Of a stretch of 64,000 nucleotides of DNA, positions 57,901-64,000 are shown piece after piece. The DNA lies in contig CAVUCU010000001.1 in NCBI GenBank assembly GCA_963740085.1, positions 1,056,001 to 1,120,000 on the forward strand, given 5' to 3'. The translations under genes were made by a program, and so were the position numbers. Numbering within the stretch: position 1 is the stretch's first letter; each line of letters begins with the position of its first letter. The notes beneath the pieces were generated by a model, which saw only the letters and a list, made by a program, of their open reading frames with translations, was not told the DNA's origin and searched no databases. Source of the DNA: Nitrospirota bacterium (GTDB lineage Bacteria > Nitrospirota > UBA9217).

Positions 57901-60900
57901 TCTGGCCCTTTCTCGTCCCGCGGCGTTGGCTGCCGCCGGGCCGCTCCTGGTCCTCTGGTTTGGTTCGCCGGTCATCGCGTGGTGGCTCAGCCGGCCGCTT
58001 ACGCGCCGTGAAGCGCGATTGACCGCCGGCCAGACCCTTTTTCTCCGGAAGCTTTCCCGAAAGACCTGGGCCTTCTTTGAGACCTTCGTCGGCACGGAGG
58101 GCAACTGGCTGCCGCCTGATAACTACCAGGAGTATCGCGCTGCAGTGGTCGCGTATCGCACGTCTCCGACCAACATGGGGCTTGCGCTGCTGGCCAACCT
58201 GTCCGCGTACGACTTCGGCTACATTCCTTCCGGACAACTCATCGAGCGCACAGAAAAGGCCCTCTCCACAATGGAAGCCCTGGACCGTCACCGTGGCCAC
58301 TTCTACAACTGGTATGATACGCAGTCTCTGAAACCGCTGCACCCTGCTTACATTTCAACGGTGGACAGCGGGAACCTCGCCGCTCACCTGCTCACCTTGC
58401 GTCAGGGTCTGCTCGCGCTTCCCGATCACAAGGTCCTCCATGAGAGATGGTTCGACGGGGTCTCCGACACCCTGCAGATCCTCGTGGACGCTGCGGGAGG
58501 AGCGGTCCCCGCCAGGCTCGCTCAACTTCAGAAGGACCTGAAGTCCGCGTATGCTTCCCCACCGGCTACTCTCGCGGATGCGCGGCTGTGCTTCGATCAA
58601 CTGACAACGTCTGCCGCGGAAGCGGCCTCGGACTTCGATTCACTTGATCTTGGTCCCGAAAACCAGGCCGCGTGGTGGGCACATACCCTTGTCCGGCAAT
58701 GCCAGTCAGTCCTCGATGAGCTGACCTTCCTCTCGTCGTCGCTTATTCGTGACCGTGATGAGATCCCGACCCTGCGCGAACTGGCAGGCCTTGGAAACGA
58801 GCGCGCCGGGGCAAGGATCACTGCCATCGAATCCCTTGCATTGAGATGCGGAGAACTCTGCCGCATGGAGTATGATTTCCTGTACAACAAGTCGATCCAT
58901 CTCCTTGCCATTGGGTACAACGTTGATGAGCGCCGGCGGGATGCCAGTTATTACGATCTCCTTGCTTCGGAAGCGCGACTGAGCTGTTTTGTGGCGATCG
59001 CGCAGGGCCAACTGCCGCAGGACAGCTGGTTTGCCCTGGGGCGGCTGCTCACCATTGCCGGCGGAGGGCCGGTCCTTGTTTCATGGAGCGGTTCGATGTT
59101 CGAGTACCTCATGCCGCTTCTGGTAATGCCGACCTACGAGGACACGCTGCTCGACCAAACCTGTCGGGCGGCAGTGGAGAGACAGATCGAATACGGGAGG
59201 CTGCGCGGCGTACCGTGGGGCATTTCGGAATCCTGCTACAACGCGGTCGATGCACATCTCAATTACCAATACCGCGCTTTTGGCGTGCCCGGCCTGGGGC
59301 TCAAACGCGGACTCGCCGAGGATATGGTCATTGCCCCCTATGCCTCGGCCCTGGCGCTGATGGTGGCGCCCGAGAAGGCGTGCCTGAACCTGCAGAGACT
59401 CGCTGCGCAGGGGTATGAAGGAAAATTCGGTTTTTTTGAGGCGATCGACTATACGCCTTCACGTCAACGACGCGGGCAATCAAGCGTCGTGGTCAGGACG
59501 TTCATGGCGCATCACCAGGGTATGAGCTTTCTCTCGCTGGGCTCCGTGCTCCTGGACCGTCCGATGCAGAAGCGGTTCGAGTCCGACCTGGAGTTGCAGG
59601 CAACCATGCTTCTGCTCCAGGAGCGTGTGCCAAAGGTTGCGGGGTTCTATTCGCACACCACCGAGCTCTCCGAGATCCGGCCGGCCTCCAACGGTACGGA
59701 GATGCCGATGCGCATACACGACAGCCCCGACACAGCCGTTCCGGAGGTGCAGTTATTGTCAAACGGCAGGTACCACGTGATGGTCACGAATGCGGGGGGC
59801 GGTTACAGCCGATGGAAGGATATCGCCGTTACGCGCTGGCGCGAAGACGGTACCCGGGACGACTGGGGCACGTTCTGTTACCTTCGCGACGCGGCGAGCG
59901 GAGAGTTCTGGTCGACCGCGTATCAGCCGACGCTCAAACGGCCGAACAAATACGAAGCGATCTTTTCGGAAGGCCGGGCGGAGTTTCGCCGCCGGGACCA
60001 TAACATCGACACCCATACCGAGATTGCCGTCTCTCCCGAGGATGATATCGAGCTGCGCAGGATCACGATCACCAACCGCAGCCGGACACGCAGGACGATC
60101 GACATCACGAGTTACGCGGAAGTCGTCCTCACATCACCTGCCGCCGACGCGCTGCACCCGGCATTCGGCAAACTTTTTGTTCAGACAGAGATCATCGAAC
60201 ACAGGCAGGCGATCCTGTGCACCCGCCGGCCCCGCTCCCGGGACGAGCACGCGCCCTGGATGTTCCATCTGATGGTCGTTCACGGTGCGGAAATCGGCGA
60301 AGTTACCTATGAGACCGACCGCAGCCGGTTCATCGGCCGGGGGAGGACCGTTGCCGATCCACAGGCCATGGAAAAGTCAGGGGCGCTCTCGGGCAGCCAG
60401 GGCCCCGTGCTCGATCCGATCGTCGCTATCCGATATCGGATAACCCTCGATCCGGAGGGATCGGCAACGGTCAATATCGTCAGCGGCATCGGCGAAACCC
60501 GGAACAGCTGTCTGGGCCTTGTCGATAAATACCAGGACCGGCGCCTTGCGGACCGCGTCTTTGATCTCGCGTGGACCCACAGCCAGGTGGTCCTGCGACA
60601 GATCAACGCCACGGAGACCGATGCGCAACTTTATGGACGCCTTGCCGGATCCGTTCTCTATGCCAATTCTTCTCTGCGTGCCGATCCGGGTATAATCCAG
60701 AAGAACCGCCGAGGGCAGTCGGGTCTCTGGGGCTACTCCATTTCCGGAGATATCCCGATCGTACTGCTGCGGATCGAAGATCCGGCACATATCGACCTGG
60801 TGCGTCAGTTCGTACAGGCACACGAATACTGGCGTCTCAAGGGGCTCGCGGTGGACCTCGTGATCTGGAATGAGGATCACGCCGGTTACCGGCAGCTTCT

Positions 60901-63574
60901 TCAGGAACAGATCATGGGACTCATTGCGGCAGGCGTTGAAGCGAACGTGGCCGAACGGCCGGGAGGCATTTTCGTAAGACCTGTGGACCAGATACCGAAC
61001 GAGGACCGGATCCTGCTTCAAACAGTCGCCCGCGTCGTCATCAGTGACAGCCTCGGCCCGCTTGCTGATCAGGTAAAGCGTCGCGCTCGTGCAACGGCAC
61101 CGGCCCCGCTCCTTACCTTGACCCGAAACCATCTCTCCGAACCCTTAACAATCGCCGCGTTGCCTCGCCTTGATCTGACGTTCTTCAACGGGTTGGGCGG
61201 ATTCACCACCGATGGGCGGGAGTACGTCATTACAACCACGCCCGAACAGGTGACGCCGGCGCCCTGGGTTAATGTGCTTGCAAACCCGCTTTTCGGGACG
61301 GTCATTTCAGAGAGCGGAGCTGCTTACACCTGGAGCGAGAATGCCCATGAGTTCCGCCTCTCTCCCTGGGAGAATGATCCTGTTTGCGATTCGAGCGGAG
61401 AGGCGTTTTACATCCGTGATGAAGAGCGTGGCCACTTCTGGTCTCCCGCGCCGCTGCCAAGCCGCGGGGCGACGCCTTACGTCACTCGTCATGGCTTCGG
61501 CTACAGCGTCTTCGAGCATACGGAACTCGGTATCCGCTCAGAAATGTGGGTTTATGTGGCCGAAGATACAGCGATCAAGTTCATTGTGCTGAAAGTGAGA
61601 AATGAGTCCGGCAGACCGCGCAAGCTCTCGGCCACCGGTTACGTGGAATGGGTGCTGGGAGATCTGCGTTCAAAAACGGCAATGCAGGTGATCACCGAAA
61701 TCGACCCCAAAACCGGCGCCGTCTTCGCGCGGAACCCGTATAACACGGAGTTCGCTGAACGTACGGCCTTCTTCGACTCAGGCGAGGCGAACCGGACCGT
61801 GACCGGCGACCGGACCGAGTTCCTTGGCCGCAACGGCACGCTTCAGAAGCCGGCTGCGATGACCCGTACCCGGCTTTCCGGCAGGATAGGGGCCGGTCTG
61901 GATCCATGCGCCGCTGTCCAGGTCCCCTTCGATCTGGCCAACGGGCAGGAGCGGGAGATCATCTTCATGCTCGGTGCTGGGAGAAACTCCGAAGACGCGG
62001 TCAACCTGGTGCAACGCTTCCGGGGGTCCGCTGCCGCGCGCGGCGCGCTCGAAAAGGTCTGGGAGTATTGGAACCACACCCTCGGCGCTGTGCAGGTGAA
62101 GACGCCGGACCAGGCCGTCAACATGCTGGCCAACGGCTGGCTACTCTACCAGACCCTGGCTTGTCGTCTCTGGGCGCGAAGCGGATACTACCAGTCCGGA
62201 GGCGCATTCGGTTTCCGAGACCAGTTGCAGGACGCGATGGCGCTCATCCATACCCGGCCGCAGCTCCTGCGCGGGCACCTCCTCCTCTGCGCGGCCCATC
62301 AGTTCAAGGAGGGAGATGTCCAGCATTGGTGGCATCCCCCGACAGGGCGCGGCGTGCGTACACGCTGTTCCGACGATTTTCTCTGGCTTCCCCTTGCCAC
62401 ATGCCGCTATGTTCTGACGAGCGGCGACACCGGGGTGCTTGATGAAACCGTCCGCTTCATCGAGGGTCGACCGCTCAACCCTGACGAAGACTCCTATTAC
62501 GATCTCCCCCGTGCTTCTGAGGAAACGGCCACCCTGTATGATCACTGTGTGCAGGCCATCCTGCGCGGCATCACCAGCGGCGCGCATGGCCTGCCGCTCA
62601 TGGGTTCAGGTGACTGGAACGACGGCATGAACCTGGTGGGCAGTCACGGCAAGGGTGAAAGCGTCTGGCTCGGATTTTTCCTGTATGAGGTGCTGGTGCG
62701 GTTTTCGGAGATCGCGCGCTTTCACGACGATCCTTCATTCGCGGAACGCTGCCAGGCGGAATCCGCGCTTGTGAGCAAGAATATCGAGCAGCATGGCTGG
62801 GATGGTGAATGGTACCTCCGGGCTTTTTTTGACGACGGTTCGCCGCTGGGTTCAGCGGGCAATGCTGAATGCCGGATCGATTCCATTGCCCAAAGCTGGT
62901 CTGTTCTTTCCGGTGCCGGTGATGTTAAGCGATCCCGCACGGCAATGGAAGCGGTTGACAAGTTTCTTGTTCGACGGCAGCATGGCCTGATCCAGCTCCT
63001 GGACCCGCCGTTCGACAAGTCGGATCTGGATCCCGGATATATAAAGGGGTACGTTCCCGGTGTGAGGGAGAACGGCGGGCAGTATACCCACGCGGCAGTC
63101 TGGACTGCGATGGCCTTTGCCGCACTGGGCGACAGCAGCCGCGCATGGGACCTGATGGCAATGATCAATCCCATAAACCATGGGAGATCGCCTGAAGAGA
63201 TCGCGATCTACAAAGGAGAACCCTATGTTGCGGCCGCCGACGTCTATGCGGTCCCTCCGCACATCGGGCAAGGCGGATGGACCTGGTACACGGGGTCGGC
63301 CGGGTGGATATACCGGCTTATCCTGGAATCGCTTCTGGGGCTGCGGCTCGAGACAGACAAACTACGCTTTGAGCCGTGCCTGCCCAGGGAGTGGGATATG
63401 TTTACGGTGCACTACCGGTACCGGGAAACCATCTACCATATCGCGGTCCGGCAAACGCTTGACAGCGGCGGAGGGAGTGTGATGGTCGATGGCGTCCCGC
63501 AGATCGAAAAGACTATTCCCCTTGTTGACGACCGTCTAGAACATGAGGTCGAGGTGAAAATTCCAGCGAGGTGA
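54920..63574 (+). CDS. ndvB: Cyclic beta-1,2-glucan synthase (Cgs/NdvB; GT84 + GH94)
   Basis: 2884 aa; [61 protein letters not shown]. Confidence 0.93.
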   Translation: MKLRTKTILDSVPKMLAHFQGKDLETKFAVYEPPLRSELFSADQMEQHGKTLARLHTVSPEHAPDRLLARLAENESILTGTRNLLIDAVKSDRRITPAAEWLLDNFYLIEEQIRMARRHLPKVYSRQLPRLLGGPSDGLPRVYDIALETVSHGDGRVDPESLSRFLAAYQTVAVLNLGEMWAIPIMLRLALIENLRRVGARIAADRMDRNFAGTWADRMTEVAAKDPKSLILVIADMARSNPPLKSAFVAEFARRLQGQGPALAMPLTWIEQHLSESSMTIDQMVQAENQQLAADQVSMSNSIGSLRFLGAMDWREFVETMSVVEQTLRQDPGGRYEKMDFSTRDQYRHAVEKIAKNSRLSEGEVAANAVRIARESAAHEDANEVGSDRSAHVGYYLIDKGLAQLEQAAGVRLSVTEFFRKAGRRFPLFLYLGTITLMTAIFTGGLVVKAHAGGYPDWLLALMGLLSLLTGSQLAVALVNWLATLLVTPQPLPRMDFSEGIPEGSRALVVIPTFLTSAPEIEGLVEALEVRFLANRDENLHFGLLTDFPDAPEEILPGDEALLLLARQRIEELNEKYRNAKSDTFFLFHRPRLWNPAEKVWMGYERKRGKLAALNFLLRCGAAPSPSSSPSGGKGCNNSFSLVVGDTAVLSPVKYVITLDTDTQLPRDAARQLVGAMAHPLNRPHYDEGKQRVVAGYGILQPRVAASLPGTNRSQYARMEGSDPGIDPYTRAVSDVYQDLFREGSFIGKGIYDVDAFDRALNGLFPDNRILSHDLIEGCFARAGLLSDVMVYEEYPARYGEDVSRRHRWIRGDWQLLSWLRAAIPGPGPARDRQRRKNPLSLLSQWKLFDNLRRSLVPSALTLFFVLGWTILSSPWFWTVSMIGIILIPSFATSLLDLFQKPRDVLPGQHLTAVGHSAGRRFAHDLFVLACLPYEAFYSLDAVVRTLGRMLVTRRRLLEWSPSGDPDRKNRMDLAAVCRTMWFAPFLAVATMVTLALSRPAALAAAGPLLVLWFGSPVIAWWLSRPLTRREARLTAGQTLFLRKLSRKTWAFFETFVGTEGNWLPPDNYQEYRAAVVAYRTSPTNMGLALLANLSAYDFGYIPSGQLIERTEKALSTMEALDRHRGHFYNWYDTQSLKPLHPAYISTVDSGNLAAHLLTLRQGLLALPDHKVLHERWFDGVSDTLQILVDAAGGAVPARLAQLQKDLKSAYASPPATLADARLCFDQLTTSAAEAASDFDSLDLGPENQAAWWAHTLVRQCQSVLDELTFLSSSLIRDRDEIPTLRELAGLGNERAGARITAIESLALRCGELCRMEYDFLYNKSIHLLAIGYNVDERRRDASYYDLLASEARLSCFVAIAQGQLPQDSWFALGRLLTIAGGGPVLVSWSGSMFEYLMPLLVMPTYEDTLLDQTCRAAVERQIEYGRLRGVPWGISESCYNAVDAHLNYQYRAFGVPGLGLKRGLAEDMVIAPYASALALMVAPEKACLNLQRLAAQGYEGKFGFFEAIDYTPSRQRRGQSSVVVRTFMAHHQGMSFLSLGSVLLDRPMQKRFESDLELQATMLLLQERVPKVAGFYSHTTELSEIRPASNGTEMPMRIHDSPDTAVPEVQLLSNGRYHVMVTNAGGGYSRWKDIAVTRWREDGTRDDWGTFCYLRDAASGEFWSTAYQPTLKRPNKYEAIFSEGRAEFRRRDHNIDTHTEIAVSPEDDIELRRITITNRSRTRRTIDITSYAEVVLTSPAADALHPAFGKLFVQTEIIEHRQAILCTRRPRSRDEHAPWMFHLMVVHGAEIGEVTYETDRSRFIGRGRTVADPQAMEKSGALSGSQGPVLDPIVAIRYRITLDPEGSATVNIVSGIGETRNSCLGLVDKYQDRRLADRVFDLAWTHSQVVLRQINATETDAQLYGRLAGSVLYANSSLRADPGIIQKNRRGQSGLWGYSISGDIPIVLLRIEDPAHIDLVRQFVQAHEYWRLKGLAVDLVIWNEDHAGYRQLLQEQIMGLIAAGVEANVAERPGGIFVRPVDQIPNEDRILLQTVARVVISDSLGPLADQVKRRARATAPAPLLTLTRNHLSEPLTIAALPRLDLTFFNGLGGFTTDGREYVITTTPEQVTPAPWVNVLANPLFGTVISESGAAYTWSENAHEFRLSPWENDPVCDSSGEAFYIRDEERGHFWSPAPLPSRGATPYVTRHGFGYSVFEHTELGIRSEMWVYVAEDTAIKFIVLKVRNESGRPRKLSATGYVEWVLGDLRSKTAMQVITEIDPKTGAVFARNPYNTEFAERTAFFDSGEANRTVTGDRTEFLGRNGTLQKPAAMTRTRLSGRIGAGLDPCAAVQVPFDLANGQEREIIFMLGAGRNSEDAVNLVQRFRGSAAARGALEKVWEYWNHTLGAVQVKTPDQAVNMLANGWLLYQTLACRLWARSGYYQSGGAFGFRDQLQDAMALIHTRPQLLRGHLLLCAAHQFKEGDVQHWWHPPTGRGVRTRCSDDFLWLPLATCRYVLTSGDTGVLDETVRFIEGRPLNPDEDSYYDLPRASEETATLYDHCVQAILRGITSGAHGLPLMGSGDWNDGMNLVGSHGKGESVWLGFFLYEVLVRFSEIARFHDDPSFAERCQAESALVSKNIEQHGWDGEWYLRAFFDDGSPLGSAGNAECRIDSIAQSWSVLSGAGDVKRSRTAMEAVDKFLVRRQHGLIQLLDPPFDKSDLDPGYIKGYVPGVRENGGQYTHAAVWTAMAFAALGDSSRAWDLMAMINPINHGRSPEEIAIYKGEPYVAAADVYAVPPHIGQGGWTWYTGSAGWIYRLILESLLGLRLETDKLRFEPCLPREWDMFTVHYRYRETIYHIAVRQTLDSGGGSVMVDGVPQIEKTIPLVDDRLEHEVEVKIPAR

Positions 63575-63772
63575 GTGAAGGTATCAGTGTCACTCCGAAT
63601 ATTAGCGTCGTGTGTAAGTTTCGATCCGTATTTGTTAATCCTTGGTATTATCTATGAATGCGCACTTGTAGTAAACAATCTCACTTTCTCCATGAATGCA
63701 CGATTTCAACACACCCGTCACAACAATTTTCCGCTTGTACATCGCAGGTGATTCTTGTATATTCCCCCTATC

Positions 63773-64000
63773 ATGAGTATAAAATCACCAAAAAGAAAAG
63801 ACATCTCAACGCTTATCCGACCCCAGGTGCGCAAGCTTGCTGCTTACCATGTCGACGAAACGCCTGTCCGCATCAAGCTGGACGCCATGGAAAACCCCTT
63901 CCCCCTGCCCGAAGCGATACGTCGCGAGATCGCCGCAGTCGTCAGGAATACGAAGATCAACCTCTATCCTGACCCGTCGGCCAAAAAGCTCAAGAAGGCC
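63773..64000 (+). CDS. hisC: Histidinol-phosphate aminotransferase, 3' truncated
   Basis: IRPQVRKLAAYHV...IKLDAMENP...NLYPDP; promoter TTGTAC-17-TATATT at 63735-63763. Confidence 0.88.
   Translation, partial: MSIKSPKRKDISTLIRPQVRKLAAYHVDETPVRIKLDAMENPFPLPEAIRREIAAVVRNTKINLYPDPSAKKLKKA

Overview
64 kb of chromosomal DNA from a moderately GC-rich, probably anaerobic diderm bacterium (Nitrospirota/Desulfobacterota-like by gene content; inference). Left end: an ext-like operon whose rhodanese lipoprotein (ExtH-like) is split by the ORF caller at an in-frame UGA. The UGA sits exactly at the active-site Cys position and is followed by a SECIS-like hairpin, so this is a hidden selenoprotein. It is followed by a small exported CxC protein and an ExtI-like porin. 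Next come an ABC exporter, rsmE, greB, an Rsm22-like methyltransferase, USP, ahbD, a GGDEF pseudogene, nagA, a His-rich RHH protein with an AEC transporter, ampG, a large NHL/FN3/transglutaminase-like/TPR protein, and a CFI-box-CTERM surface protein paired with a beta-barrel. A tusA-yeeE-dsrEFH-like sulfur relay lies next to a Rieske/cytochrome b/subunit IV module. A 14-kb MSHA/type IV pilus cluster carries duplicated major pilins and a TMTC-like glycosyltransferase. The core block rho-rpmE-DUF1385-prfA-prmC-murA-hisD-hisG is separated from a partial hisC by about 13 kb (diguanylate cyclase, DUF255 protein, cyclic beta-1,2-glucan synthase). Many gene junctions carry short-period inverted-repeat elements, two of which appear inside prepilin leader peptides. 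Several genes look leaderless. No CRISPR, rRNA, tRNA, transposase or prophage was seen. All family calls come from motif recognition, not database searches.
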